Of a stretch of 64,000 nucleotides of DNA, positions 19,083 through 29,274 are shown in pieces (the first letter of the stretch is position 1; each line of letters opens with the position of its first letter). The position numbers were made by a program, and so were the translations under genes. The stretch is taken from the IMG/VR virus record IMGVR_UViG_3300035208_008180; one strand, given 5' to 3'. The notes under the pieces are model-generated. The model saw only the letters and a list, made by a program, of their open reading frames with translations. It made no database searches and was not told where the DNA came from. The DNA is from a virus (taxonomy: Duplodnaviria > Caudoviricetes).

Positions 19083-19955
19083 TTATGCCAAGTAATCCAC
19101 GGTAGTTGTCGTTTTCATTCCCCGTTTTGTCATTTCGGAAATGAAATCGGCCTGATATTGCTCAAAGCCAGGAACAGGCGAAGTGCCATCAGTGAGCAAA
19201 ACGCATTTGGCGATAAACGAATCATCGCCAAAAGAATTTGCCATGTCTCGGAAAGTGTTGGGCAAACAATGTGTGCTTGCTTCACCGCATGCCAAGATTT
19301 CGTCTGCCTCCATGACACCTTGGATGAATTGGGAATTCATTTGGGTGAAAGGATCATCGGGATCGGGAACTTCAGCACGAACGGCAGAAAAATGTTCCAC
19401 GAACGGATTGGAGCCCTTGGTAACAAAATCAATGGTTCTAAATCCGTCACGACACCAATCCAAAAGATTTTCCATCAGAGGGGCGACAATATTGTGCCCA
19501 GGGGTGCCGATGAGACAGTGAGGAGGCCAAATGCAATGGGGATAACGCTTGCCGGTTTCCAGAGCTTCCAAATACTTGTAAGTCCTGTCGAAATAACCCG
19601 GCTTGGTCGTAGTATAATGACCCACAACACTAGGACCGCTGGTGCCAAACATGGTGCCGATAATCATTCCATTTTCGGGACGCATGATGGTAAAGGGAGA
19701 CGGGGGATTCCCATATTGATCTTTGAACCAATTGGGGTGGGCTACGTGATTCCATTGGTGGGAATCCATTGTGCCAGAGATTTGGTCGATTTTCCGACCG
19801 AGGCGGTGAACCATTTTTCCCACACGAACCATATCATCCCAAGCACCAGGAACACACAACTCACCATCATGGATCAACTGCTGTTGGGCGGCATCAACGA
19901 CCTTACAGAAGGAATTCTGCGGATCGATGATGACCAAATGAATGCGACGAGGCAT
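19083..19955 (-). CDS. nicotinamidase / isochorismatase-family cysteine hydrolase (PncA-like)
   Basis: IIDPQNSF, GELCVPGA, MDSH, WPPHCLIGT.G, TKG, GEASTHC. Confidence 0.85.
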   Translation of the reverse strand: MPRRIHLVIIDPQNSFCKVVDAAQQQLIHDGELCVPGAWDDMVRVGKMVHRLGRKIDQISGTMDSHQWNHVAHPNWFKDQYGNPPSPFTIMRPENGMIIGTMFGTSGPSVVGHYTTTKPGYFDRTYKYLEALETGKRYPHCIWPPHCLIGTPGHNIVAPLMENLLDWCRDGFRTIDFVTKGSNPFVEHFSAVRAEVPDPDDPFTQMNSQFIQGVMEADEILACGEASTHCLPNTFRDMANSFGDDSFIAKCVLLTDGTSPVPGFEQYQADFISEMTKRGMKTTTTVDYLA

Positions 19956-19999
19956 CTTACGTCTCCTAAAGGATTGAGAATACTGGATTGTCCAACAGT

Positions 20000-20027
20000 A
20001 TTATACTTCAGAAAGGACAGTTGTAAA
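20000..20027 (-). promoter_or_regulatory. early sigma70-type promoter TTTACA-N16-TATAAT
   Basis: Member of a repeated motif GTTTACAA..TTTCTGAAGTATAAT. Confidence 0.75.
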
Positions 20028-20582
20028 CTACACATCCTGTATCAACATTTGCAAATCCGCCCAGGCATCCTTTTTTCGGTCAGGCTGCCTGAGAAGATAG
20101 GCAGGATGGAAGGTACACAAGACCTTTATACCATTGTAGTTATACCACTTGCCCCTCATTTGGCTTATTGGAGTGTCTTCCCCCAAAAGATTTTGAGCAG
20201 CACAGGCTCCCAAACAAAGAATGTATTGGGGAGCAATGACTTTTAATTGCAAATCAAGGAAATTTTTGCAATTTTTAGATTCCTCTGGCGTGGGGGTACG
20301 ATTTGCGGGTGGGCGACATTTCAAAATATTTAAAACAAAAACACTTTCTCGGATTATGCCACAAGCACTCAACATATTGTTGAGTAATTTGCCAGCTTTG
20401 CCAACAAAGGGAATTCCTTGCTGGTCTTCATCTTTGCCGGGTGCCTCACCCAAGCAAACGATTTTAGCATCAGGATCACCGCACCCAGGCACGGTGTTGG
20501 TTCTGCACAGAAGGTCTGGACACTTCTGGCACTTCTTGATCTTTTCAGCAATCATGTCTAATTTTTGTGATTTTGTAAGCAT
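20028..20582 (-). CDS. uracil-DNA glycosylase family 4
   Basis: C..C, GEAPG..ED..G.PFVG.AG, KCRPP.NR.P, TFHPAYLLR. Confidence 0.93.
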   Translation of the reverse strand: MLTKSQKLDMIAEKIKKCQKCPDLLCRTNTVPGCGDPDAKIVCLGEAPGKDEDQQGIPFVGKAGKLLNNMLSACGIIRESVFVLNILKCRPPANRTPTPEESKNCKNFLDLQLKVIAPQYILCLGACAAQNLLGEDTPISQMRGKWYNYNGIKVLCTFHPAYLLRQPDRKKDAWADLQMLIQDV

Positions 20583-20617
20583 GAGCTTTATAATATCATA
20601 AGTTCTATATATTAACA

Positions 20618-21340
20618 ATGGATAATTTGATAGAATACCAAGATTTTTTAAAGGGATATAAAGTACCAAATGCAGGAGGGGCTGGACTATGGATTGGTGG
20701 GAATTTTAAGAGAAATCAAAATTCAATCACTATTGCAATCCTACGACCAGGAGATGTCTGCATAGATGTTGGAGCAAACATTGGATTTTATACACTTATG
20801 ATGTCAAAAGCAGTGGGTCGGAGCGGTCTAGTATATGCTTTTGAACCCGTTCCTGAAACTTTTAATTACCTTCAGCAAGTTGTGCAAACTACTCACTCAA
20901 CAAACATAGAAACTTTTCAAATGGCAATGAGCAATAAAGTGGGTGTTGGCAAATTAATATATAACGGAATTGGTGATTTGTGTGCGTGTGTGGCTGGCGA
21001 AGGATATTATGCTCCAAATTTAAATCGTGCTCCACAAGGACAAGTTAACCTAACAACATTGGATGTGTTTGTGAAAAAAAGAAAATTTTCACGATTAGAT
21101 TTTATCAAAACAGATTGTCAAGGAGCGGACTTGCAAGTTTTAGAGGCGGGAAAGAAAACAATTAATGAATTTAGACCTAAGATAATTTGCGAAGCAATAA
21201 ACCTTGATAGAATTCAATCAACACACAATTTCTTTGAAAGCATTAATTATTATTCTGTTTGCGTAGAATCAGGCGATACTGCGGGCGTGATAACAGAACA
21301 TATCATGGGTGTTCCTAATTCAAATAAAGTTTTTTTATAA
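20618..21340 (+). CDS. FkbM-family methyltransferase
   Basis: IDVGANIG, YAFEP, FIKTDCQGAD. Confidence 0.88.
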   Translation: MDNLIEYQDFLKGYKVPNAGGAGLWIGGNFKRNQNSITIAILRPGDVCIDVGANIGFYTLMMSKAVGRSGLVYAFEPVPETFNYLQQVVQTTHSTNIETFQMAMSNKVGVGKLIYNGIGDLCACVAGEGYYAPNLNRAPQGQVNLTTLDVFVKKRKFSRLDFIKTDCQGADLQVLEAGKKTINEFRPKIICEAINLDRIQSTHNFFESINYYSVCVESGDTAGVITEHIMGVPNSNKVFL

Positions 21341-21381
21341 AAAAAAACACCCCACCCAGAAGTCTGAGTGGGGTGTTTTTT
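21341..21381. terminator. bidirectional intrinsic terminator
   Basis: AAAAAACACCCCAC...GTGGGGTGTTTTTT between convergent genes. Confidence 0.8.
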
Positions 21382-21393
21382 GATTTCTTGTTT

Positions 21394-21714
21394 TCAAGGC
21401 GTGAAGGCACGGATAAAATTCCGTACAGGCTGTCCTTCCACATAAACTTTGGGACTCACCCATACCCGAGGACCATATACAACAGGTGGAGCGTATACTG
21501 GTGTCCTGTAAACATAGGGATAATACCTGTAAACAGGTGGAGCATACACTGGCACTCTGTAGTAATAGGTCGGCAAATCATAATACACAGGTGCGGGTGC
21601 TGGGGCATAATACATAGGCGGTGCAGTGTAATATACCGGGGCGGCTGGCACATAATACTGCCCAAATGCCGCTGTGCAACACAAACACAAAATCAACGCT
21701 AGTAAATACTTCAT
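21394..21714 (-). CDS. secreted Pro/Tyr-rich protein (Planctomycete-like)
   Basis: Signal peptide, PVYY repeats, C-terminal YVEGQPVRNFIRA. Confidence 0.7.
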   Translation of the reverse strand: MKYLLALILCLCCTAAFGQYYVPAAPVYYTAPPMYYAPAPAPVYYDLPTYYYRVPVYAPPVYRYYPYVYRTPVYAPPVVYGPRVWVSPKVYVEGQPVRNFIRAFTP

Positions 21715-21952
21715 ACAAATTCTCCTTAAAAAAGTTTCCGAATACCTATCTATCATCTTATTGCAAAAAAACATGGGCGTCAAGTCTTTTTGATATCTTC
21801 AATAGTTTTTTTGCAAATCTTGTCCCAAATGCCAGATAGAAGCTGGCGATTGGGTTGTTGTCCTTGAATGTAAAGCTTAACATTCAACACAATCATAAGC
21901 TGTAACAAGTCGGCCAATTCGAAGAATTCTTCATCGCTCAATTCAAGTGTTT

Positions 21953-23053
21953 TCATTGTTCGGTAGTAGCTCGATAGTCTGATTGGTATTGTTTAGTTAG
22001 TAAATCATCCTGTCCAGAGAGACAAATAGAGATGACTTCACGAGGATCGGTAATGTGCAACTCATCAGCAAAATCCAAGGCGGGAGTAATCCACGCTGTT
22101 TTGCCCCCCGGAATGTGAGACACTTCCCTTGTAAGAATTTTTTGCAATATCTCTCGTGTGGGACGTGGACACATAATCTTGTGCGTAAACCTGGATGCTA
22201 AAGCACCGCTCATAACGGATTTAAACAATTGCAAATCATTGCAGGTGGCGATGCACAAAACCTTCACATTTTTAGCACGATTGCCAACTCTAAAATTGAC
22301 TTGGCGAATTTCGGCTCTTTGGTCAAGCAGTCCCAACATCCAACGTTGATCGTTTTGGTGGGTTTTCTCGATTTCCTCCACCAACAAAACCGGGGGAATA
22401 TTGGGTGAACTTAAAAAGATATTGATTGCCCCCGCCTGCGTAGTAGAGGTTGCATCAAACTGAATATAATGCTTTCTTTCTTCTCCCAACATTTTGCCAA
22501 GAGCAGCAATAATTTCGCTTTTGCCGCATCCTGGTTCGCCAAATAACACACAATGCAATCGTTTTTGCATGTTGGTTTGCTGAGCCAGTCGCAATGCTGC
22601 CATGATTCGACGGATTTGCCGCTCTCGATCAAAAATGTGGCTAAAGTGCTTTCCCATATCCAAATTAATGGGAGCGTAATCCTTCACATCATCTTTGACA
22701 TGAATATGAACTGCTGGCGGGGCTTCTTTTGGAGCGTGTGGCGACGTAATAGACCACCTGCGACCAGAAGTATGACAAGCTTTCGCCAATTTATTATAGA
22801 CGATAGTCCATTGGGATGCTTCGCTTCTTCTTTGTCCTCGCACTCGTTGGAATGCCACCTTGCGAACAATGGTATAGGTGCCCAGTTCTTTAACACAAGT
22901 AGAATCATGGATTTGGGTGGACCAATCCCTTTTGCGGGTTTTGGTGCCTAATCCCAATCCTATAAGCTCATCAACCTCTGCCTTGATCCTTTGGGGATTA
23001 GGCTTTTTGCGAGTTTCCTTGGTCAGGGTAACTAGGTAGATTGGACCTTTCAT
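21953..23053 (-). CDS. AAA+ ATPase
   Basis: Walker A GEPGCGKS, Walker B LLVEEIEK, sensor ATCN, ALASRF. Confidence 0.85.
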   Translation of the reverse strand: MKGPIYLVTLTKETRKKPNPQRIKAEVDELIGLGLGTKTRKRDWSTQIHDSTCVKELGTYTIVRKVAFQRVRGQRRSEASQWTIVYNKLAKACHTSGRRWSITSPHAPKEAPPAVHIHVKDDVKDYAPINLDMGKHFSHIFDRERQIRRIMAALRLAQQTNMQKRLHCVLFGEPGCGKSEIIAALGKMLGEERKHYIQFDATSTTQAGAINIFLSSPNIPPVLLVEEIEKTHQNDQRWMLGLLDQRAEIRQVNFRVGNRAKNVKVLCIATCNDLQLFKSVMSGALASRFTHKIMCPRPTREILQKILTREVSHIPGGKTAWITPALDFADELHITDPREVISICLSGQDDLLTKQYQSDYRATTEQ

Positions 23054-23068
23054 AGCACCTCCGTCAGC

Positions 23069-23096
23069 ATTATACTTCAGAAAGTGCTGTTGTAAA
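23069..23096 (-). promoter_or_regulatory. early promoter TTTACA-N16-TATAAT
   Basis: Same repeated motif, upstream of the AAA gene. Confidence 0.75.
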
Positions 23097-23097
23097 C

Positions 23098-23550
23098 TCA
23101 GTCCATCAAAATTTCTACACCTTGTAAGGGGTCTTCAGTAATAAGAACAGTGCTTTTGGGGGAGTCAATAACTGGCTCCCCTTCATTTAGGGGTTGCATA
23201 TCTCCCGCAACTATTTGTTCAACTACTCCCTCAACAGTTACACGATCTGGTTGATCTACCAATAACTTTTGTGGCATAATTTGCTCCTGTGGTGAAACTA
23301 AAACTTTAACCATTTTGGCATCTCTGTTTTTGACCAATCCTACGAAATAATCATCGCCTTTCCATTGCCCTCCGGGGGGAATTGGACCCTTTGATCCATC
23401 TGCACTCTTTTTGGGCAGCCAGAGATCACCTTTGGTAATATTCTCAAATATATATAGTCCTTTACCCTCAAGAGTACGGGCTATATGTTGTCTTCTTTCC
23501 TCTTGTCTTTCAATTGCCGTCGTTTTCCTTTTTTTCGGTCTATAATTCAT
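23098..23550 (-). CDS. hypothetical protein
   Basis: 150 aa ORF. Confidence 0.6.
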   Translation of the reverse strand: MNYRPKKRKTTAIERQEERRQHIARTLEGKGLYIFENITKGDLWLPKKSADGSKGPIPPGGQWKGDDYFVGLVKNRDAKMVKVLVSPQEQIMPQKLLVDQPDRVTVEGVVEQIVAGDMQPLNEGEPVIDSPKSTVLITEDPLQGVEILMD

Positions 23551-23652
23551 AACAACCTTTCGTTGACTTTTTATAGCGAATCCACTATAGTATTATACGG
23601 CAGAACTGAATTACCTGCCTAAATATAACAGAGAAACAATATTTAAAAAATA

Positions 23653-24201
23653 ATGGAGATAATTATGTCTGGAGAAAATCGAGCCTCCTTCGAGAAGGCT
23701 CACAATATGTTTTGGCAGGGATTTCAAATTGATTCACATCCACAAGGACCATGCAAGGGTCCGGTTGGCCCCCTGGGTGCCCTTGGCGTTGCAGGCATTC
23801 CCGCCATGCAGAGTTGTGGGTGTGGCAAAGGTGGGGCTGGCTGCTCAAGCTCATCAACAAGCACAACTTCATCGAGTAAAGCTGTCGATCCGCCCAAGTG
23901 GACTGATGTTTATCCACAAGGCTCAAAAGCTGGGAATGAAGAACAAAAACTATTTATTGCCTTGGCTCGTAACCCTAAATGGAAATTTAGAAGTGTTACA
24001 CACTTGTCTAAAGAGGCCAATTTAACAAAAGAGAGAGTAGAGCAAATTCTGCAAAAATATTACAAAAAAGGAATGGTATTTCCCAATCCTAAGCAAGAAG
24101 ATCAATGGGCTTATTGGGAGCGATGCCCAGAATTATTGCCGGGAAACATAAAGTCCATAGCAGAAGCAGATCAGGATAAACGTTGTGAGGATGCTGCTTA
24201 G
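23653..24201 (+). CDS. hypothetical protein with possible C-terminal winged helix
   Basis: 182 aa ORF; RSVTHLSKEANLTKERVEQIL. Confidence 0.55.
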   Translation: MEIIMSGENRASFEKAHNMFWQGFQIDSHPQGPCKGPVGPLGALGVAGIPAMQSCGCGKGGAGCSSSSTSTTSSSKAVDPPKWTDVYPQGSKAGNEEQKLFIALARNPKWKFRSVTHLSKEANLTKERVEQILQKYYKKGMVFPNPKQEDQWAYWERCPELLPGNIKSIAEADQDKRCEDAA

Positions 24202-24213
24202 TTCAGCAAAACA

Positions 24214-24256
24214 AACAAGCACAGAAGCTGGGGTTTCTGTGCTTGTTGTTTTTTTT
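24214..24256. terminator. intrinsic terminator between convergent genes
   Basis: AACAAGCACAGAA...TTCTGTGCTTGTT plus T tract. Confidence 0.7.
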
Positions 24257-24266
24257 GTGCGACTAG

Positions 24267-24479
24267 CTAGTTGGCAGCTTTTGGACCAGCATATTTAGCT
24301 GGCTTATTTTGCATATCCAAATCAGTCGTTGCCTTAGCTGGATTGAACCACTTATGAGGATACTGAGATCGCACATAAGCGTCGGGATAATTTTGTGTTA
24401 CACCAGTTCTAACTCTATTTTCATCAATTGCAGGCAAGTCACGCTTGGACTCTTCGCACCATTTAATAAATGTTTTCAT
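24267..24479 (-). CDS. small putative internal head protein (MKTFIKWCEE)
   Basis: GAGGG RBS; capsid-targeting-like N-terminus. Confidence 0.6.
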   Translation of the reverse strand: MKTFIKWCEESKRDLPAIDENRVRTGVTQNYPDAYVRSQYPHKWFNPAKATTDLDMQNKPAKYAGPKAAN

Positions 24480-24579
24480 GTTTTTCCCTCTTGATTCAGC
24501 GGTACAATATATAAGCTTCTACAAATAAAAAATTTGGGTTTTTTTAAGCCAAAGCCTATAATGTATATAGGAAGTAATA

Positions 24580-25251
24580 ATGACAATTCTAGCAAAAGAA
24601 GTAGAAATTATCCCCATCCAAGAAAATTTAGCAGGGGAATTGGGCAAAGAAATTTATTATGAGTGTGCTTTTTGCGGCAAACGTATGGCTGTTCCTACTT
24701 TTTCTGGCAATCTCTGCGATAAACTATCTGGTGAAAATTATTATTGTGGATTTTGCTTACGACATGGCTTTAACACACGAAATAATAAAAATGTGTTGTT
24801 GCTGACGTTTCGTAATGTTTTTAATCATTATTACCAAGAACGCTATGTAAATCCAATCGTTGTAACAAAGAAGATGTACCTTGCAGAAATTAAAGAATAT
24901 GTAACCGCACATATTCAAACTGGATTGCTAAACCCTGTTTTTTATTATGACCCAAGCAGTTTTTTATGGTTTGTTGATTTTTCAAGAGTCGGCAGAGGAA
25001 ACAAGAAACTCAAAGTAAATGATGTGCTCAAAACTGTCGTCAATATCTTGGCTTGTTTTAATTTAAAGAATAATATCACAAGCTTTTCGATCTGTACTTT
25101 TTATGAGAAATACGAAACCGCCATTAGAAAATTTTATGCCACTCGTTATCGACCTGCGGATAAAAGAATTCTATCTCCAAGCGTTATTACGACTAACCAG
25201 CACGATTATGGACCCTTTTCACCCGAATTATTTACGCCCAATATCTACTAA
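24580..25251 (+). CDS. hypothetical Zn-binding protein
   Basis: CAFC...C...CGFC. Confidence 0.6.
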   Translation: MTILAKEVEIIPIQENLAGELGKEIYYECAFCGKRMAVPTFSGNLCDKLSGENYYCGFCLRHGFNTRNNKNVLLLTFRNVFNHYYQERYVNPIVVTKKMYLAEIKEYVTAHIQTGLLNPVFYYDPSSFLWFVDFSRVGRGNKKLKVNDVLKTVVNILACFNLKNNITSFSICTFYEKYETAIRKFYATRYRPADKRILSPSVITTNQHDYGPFSPELFTPNIY

Positions 25252-25998
25252 TGCTTGCATTATTTTTAGCTGTCTAAGTGGTGTTTCTGCATAGGAGAAT
25301 TCTGGGAATTGTTCCCCCAATAATTCTTTAAAAGGGATGCTCAATTTTTCCACAACCCAATTGGGCAAATATTCCTCATTCGAATCACTTAAGTCCATAT
25401 GACAAGATAAGCCAGGGATAGGGCAAATTAATGCTCTGTCTAAGGAACAAAATGCTTTGTGATCGTGAGGGACAGCACCTTGGGTAAATTTTATCCAAGT
25501 ATCTCGGTCTTCTTTAAGCGTCTTTGCTCGGGCAGCAAAAGTCATAGTTGTGCTAATGGTATGCTTCCAATATGTTTGCCCAATGCGTATAACTTTAGCA
25601 ATTTCCCCAAAATCATATCGCTTTTCGAATTTATCAGGATGATTGTACAGAGTAACATAATCCGCCTTTTGCAACCCTTGTTGCAGCATTGCTTCTGAGT
25701 TTTCATTGTGCAAATAGTCATCTTCCATTAAATAAATTAAATCATCATCATCTAAAGAATTACAAGCGAGATTTAGGGCCAAGCGAAATGCTCCACAATT
25801 GCCAAGATTAGTCACAAATGTAAAATCTTTTTTTTCGCAAAGCTGAATTGTTTCTTCATCACAATTGTCTGCTATAAATAGCCAATCAGCATTTGGAAAC
25901 ATAGACCAAGCATTTTGTAAACAAAATGCTTTTGTGGCTCCAGGCACCTTGGGCTTGCCTCGACTATTGGTATTAGAAATGCGGTAGATGATTAACAT
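25228..25998 (-). CDS. GT-A fold glycosyltransferase
   Basis: IYLMEDDYLH (DxD-like), YVTLY.HPD, STTMTFA. Confidence 0.7.
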   Translation of the reverse strand: MLIIYRISNTNSRGKPKVPGATKAFCLQNAWSMFPNADWLFIADNCDEETIQLCEKKDFTFVTNLGNCGAFRLALNLACNSLDDDDLIYLMEDDYLHNENSEAMLQQGLQKADYVTLYNHPDKFEKRYDFGEIAKVIRIGQTYWKHTISTTMTFAARAKTLKEDRDTWIKFTQGAVPHDHKAFCSLDRALICPIPGLSCHMDLSDSNEEYLPNWVVEKLSIPFKELLGEQFPEFSYAETPLRQLKIMQALVDIGRK

Positions 25999-27503
25999 AA
26001 ATCTTGAGCCATTCGATCAAATACCTCACCCCAGTTTGATGGATTTGTTTGTCTATAAAGCCTCATGCTGGGATACCAACGTGTTGTATCTCCATCTGTT
26101 CCCCATCGCCAATCTGGACTATAGGGCAAAACAGCCCATGTTTTTTTGCCCATAGCCCCAGCTAAATGAAGAATTGCTGTATCTACCGATATGATTAAAT
26201 CCATTGCATCAATGAAGGCCGCTGTGTCCTCGAAACTTTCAATATGCTGGGATAAATCTATAATTCCCATGCCTTCGCAATTTATTGTGAGGTCAGTTGC
26301 TTGATTGTCCCCGGCATATTTTCTTGGCCCCGTTTCTTTTTGCAGTCCAAATAACTTGACATTTGGAATTGCTTGAATTTTTTTAAAATGTTCCAAATTA
26401 CAGGAACGTGCTCGATCACCAGGGTGTTGCGGGTTGCCTGCCCAGGCGATGCCTATTTTTAATTCTGAATAATTGCTTAGGTTTGCTTTCTTTTCACAAC
26501 GAAGATAAGGAGGTGTGCTGTTGCCAAAAAGGTAATCAAGGCTGCCGCCACCAAAGAGATGCGGCAAGCTTATCATTGAGCAATGATAATCATATTCTTC
26601 TGGTTTAAACACATCCTTTATTTCTGCTGTTGTGTTCTGTCGAATCAAGGATTGCAAACCAGCGGGCGTATGAATACAAAGGGAAACATCTTTCAAGAGA
26701 GAGGCGAATCTAAAAAATTGAATAAAATCTCCAATGCCTTGCTCACAATACAATGCCAGCTTCTTATTCTTTAGGTTTTGTTTTTTATACAAATTGTCAT
26801 CAAATTTGCAAACGAAATCCCATCTTTTGGCATCTGGATAGACTTTTCTAAAGGCTAAGGCTGGCGGAAAAAACTCTAATCGATGTTCATACAATGGCCA
26901 TGCGTCATTATATTTGCCTTGTAAAAAATAAACGTGTGCCAAATCCACATAAGATGGGTGGTGCTCAGGATTTAGAGCAATAGCTTCTTTAAAACAACTT
27001 TCGGCTTTTGATAAATCCTTTAAAAATCCATAAATTGAACCAATATTAGTCCAGGCATAATAATTTGGCTCTATAGCTATGGACTTCTCAAAACATTCTA
27101 TCGCTTTGGGGATGTTGTTCTTTTGACGATAATGTAATCCCAAATTGCTGTAATAATAACTGTTGTTAGGATTTAGTTCTGTCGCTTTATTGGCATGATC
27201 GATGGCCTTGTCTATAAATCCCATGCAAGCATAAGCAAGTGATATATTGTTGTGATTTTCTGCATTACTAGGATCAATTTGCAGAATTTTGACAAACAAA
27301 GCAATGGCATCTCCATATTCTTTTTGTTTGTGTTTAATCAATCCCAATAACTGCATTCCACGAGCATTGAGTTTGTCTACCTTTAATAATTGTTGAAGTA
27401 AAATATCTGCATCGTGCAAATAATTGTTTTGCATTAAAAAAAGTGCTTTGTCTAAAGACTTTTCTATCAATTCGTCTATATCTGGTAATTTTATGGAATT
27501 CAT
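25992..27503 (-). CDS. TPR-repeat + GT-B (family 9-like) glycosyltransferase
   Basis: N-terminal TPRs; EQGIGDFIQF.R, IGIAWAGNP.H..D, DLIISVDTAILHLAGAMG. Confidence 0.88.
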   Translation of the reverse strand: MNSIKLPDIDELIEKSLDKALFLMQNNYLHDADILLQQLLKVDKLNARGMQLLGLIKHKQKEYGDAIALFVKILQIDPSNAENHNNISLAYACMGFIDKAIDHANKATELNPNNSYYYSNLGLHYRQKNNIPKAIECFEKSIAIEPNYYAWTNIGSIYGFLKDLSKAESCFKEAIALNPEHHPSYVDLAHVYFLQGKYNDAWPLYEHRLEFFPPALAFRKVYPDAKRWDFVCKFDDNLYKKQNLKNKKLALYCEQGIGDFIQFFRFASLLKDVSLCIHTPAGLQSLIRQNTTAEIKDVFKPEEYDYHCSMISLPHLFGGGSLDYLFGNSTPPYLRCEKKANLSNYSELKIGIAWAGNPQHPGDRARSCNLEHFKKIQAIPNVKLFGLQKETGPRKYAGDNQATDLTINCEGMGIIDLSQHIESFEDTAAFIDAMDLIISVDTAILHLAGAMGKKTWAVLPYSPDWRWGTDGDTTRWYPSMRLYRQTNPSNWGEVFDRMAQDLC

Positions 27504-27558
27504 TTTAGTATATAAATAATATGAGTAATGCTAGTCTCAATATAACAGGGGATAATTT

Positions 27559-27681
27559 ATGGGTTGTGGATGCGGTAAAAACAAGCCAGCATTACGAAAA
27601 ATAACCAAGGAAGAAGAAGCCTCTATTAGAAGACGACAGGCTTTAATGGAAGCTCGAAAACAAAAAAAAATATTTATATAA
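27559..27681 (+). CDS. small basic MGCGCG protein, copy 1 (40 aa, below the ORF-track cutoff)
   Basis: AGGGGA RBS; MGCGCGKNKPALRK...RRRQALMEARKQKKIFI. Confidence 0.6.
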   Translation: MGCGCGKNKPALRKITKEEEASIRRRQALMEARKQKKIFI

Positions 27682-27694
27682 ATGGAGGGTTATT

Positions 27695-27949
27695 ATGGGT
27701 TGTGGATGTGGTAGAAAAACTAGTGCTACTGGAATGAGAGTCACTGGATTAAGGGGAGTTGGAACAAATCCTAACCATACTCCAAGACAAGGGCGTATTG
27801 TTACGCCTCGCACCATGCCGCCCACTATGGTTCGACAGGCTCAAATGAAGGCAATGCAGGAAGCACAAACACCGCCAAATTATTCTCTTCAAAGAAGGGA
27901 AGTGGAAAGAAAGCGACGTTTGGCCATTTTAAAAGCTCAGGGTAAATGA
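27695..27949 (+). CDS. small basic MGCGCG protein, copy 2
   Basis: GGAGGG RBS; MGCGCGRK...ERKRRLAILKAQGK. Confidence 0.65.
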   Translation: MGCGCGRKTSATGMRVTGLRGVGTNPNHTPRQGRIVTPRTMPPTMVRQAQMKAMQEAQTPPNYSLQRREVERKRRLAILKAQGK

Positions 27950-28029
27950 ATTTTGTTAAAAAATAGTTTTTTAGGTGTATATATCATATCCCCGCATATT
28001 AGGGGCACCATATAAAAAAGGAGAGCACC

Positions 28030-28632
28030 GTGCTTACATTCAAAGAGTGGAAAACATTAAATGAAAATTTTGGCGGGGCGATTCCCATTGGCCTCGGTCA
28101 GCCCAGTGCAGTCGTGGGTGTGGTCGGTGCTCAATTTGGAGATGAAGCTCAATTAGAAGAAGCCAAAAAGGGCAAAAAGAAAATGTTCGGAGACGAAGAG
28201 CCCGAGAAAGATGACGACGAAGACAAAGAAGTAAAAATAGTCGTTAAAGGCAAAAAGGATGATGACAAGGATGACGACGAAGACAAGGGTGAGGAAAAAG
28301 GCGAAGACAAGGGCGAGGAAAAAGTCGATAAAGAACCCGATGGCGACAAAGACGACAAGCCAGCATTTCTAATGTCAAAAAAGAAATGCAAAGGTTGTAA
28401 TTGCAAATCCGACAAGAAAATGGCCAAAGAAAACAAGGAGTGGTATGGTTCTGTAATCAACCAACTTAACTCTGATCCCAACGCAAAATTCTGGGACGGT
28501 TTTTCAACAATTGAAGAAGATGCTTTACTGGCCCCAGCAGATCAAAATGCCGGTTTAGTAGATGGTGAACCTGCCCCTGGCAGCGTAGGATCGGCACCAG
28601 TTCAACGAGTTGGTGGTTGGTTCGGCGGCTAA
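28030..28632 (+). CDS. acidic/Lys-rich putative prohead core or internal protein
   Basis: MLTFKEW..LNE N-terminus; D/E/K low-complexity middle. Confidence 0.65.
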   Translation: MLTFKEWKTLNENFGGAIPIGLGQPSAVVGVVGAQFGDEAQLEEAKKGKKKMFGDEEPEKDDDEDKEVKIVVKGKKDDDKDDDEDKGEEKGEDKGEEKVDKEPDGDKDDKPAFLMSKKKCKGCNCKSDKKMAKENKEWYGSVINQLNSDPNAKFWDGFSTIEEDALLAPADQNAGLVDGEPAPGSVGSAPVQRVGGWFGG

Positions 28633-28653
28633 ATTAATTGTATAAATTAAATT

Positions 28654-28689
28654 AAAAAGCAAAGCTCAAATGGGCTTTGCTTTTTTTTT
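28654..28689 (+). terminator. intrinsic terminator
   Basis: AGCAAAGCTC-AAAT-GGGCTTTGCT plus T tract. Confidence 0.8.
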
Positions 28690-28854
28690 GTTATGTGATA
28701 TAATTTAATATTATATTACTGAAACAAATATTATGAAAAACATTAAAGAATATTTGCCTCTAATAAGTAAAATTATTGACTGGGCTCACAAACACAAGAA
28801 AAAAGTTCAATACCTGACAAAAGCAGATTTAAGAGAAGCAATAAGATCAAGAGC

Positions 28855-29274
28855 ATGACATACCGAATTCAAACCAATCATAATTTCCACGGCGAAAATA
28901 TATCAGAAAGGGACTGGAATACAATAAGTTCCAGTCGGGCTGGACATCAAGAATTTGATGACGATGAGTTAGCAATTGCCATCAAAACGTTCGAAAGAAA
29001 CGCAAATATGGCAAGAATGATTTGGCCAATGCGATTAATTGATTCAAATGGCCAAATTCTAAGATATTACAATCCAGAATTAGACGAATGGCTTCCAGGC
29101 CCTCGGGGAAGACTGGAAGAAAAGGCTTACTATATTTGGGAAAAGATTGGTGCCACTGATGTTGAATGTTGGTTCAAAGCCAAGGAAGAGACAGAAAAAG
29201 AAACCAGTAATTTAAGCCAATTTTTCGGACATATGCCAAAATTCTCAGAACGTGGTTTGCTGGAACCAAACTAA
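28855..29274 (+). CDS. hypothetical protein with a DUF2934-like motif
   Basis: LEEKAYYIWEKIG...CWFKAKEE. Confidence 0.55.
   Translation: MTYRIQTNHNFHGENISERDWNTISSSRAGHQEFDDDELAIAIKTFERNANMARMIWPMRLIDSNGQILRYYNPELDEWLPGPRGRLEEKAYYIWEKIGATDVECWFKAKEETEKETSNLSQFFGHMPKFSERGLLEPN

Noticed and set aside
19068-20246. 392-aa plus-strand ORF
   Set aside because: It is antisense to the nicotinamidase and UDG genes and has no protein-like motifs.
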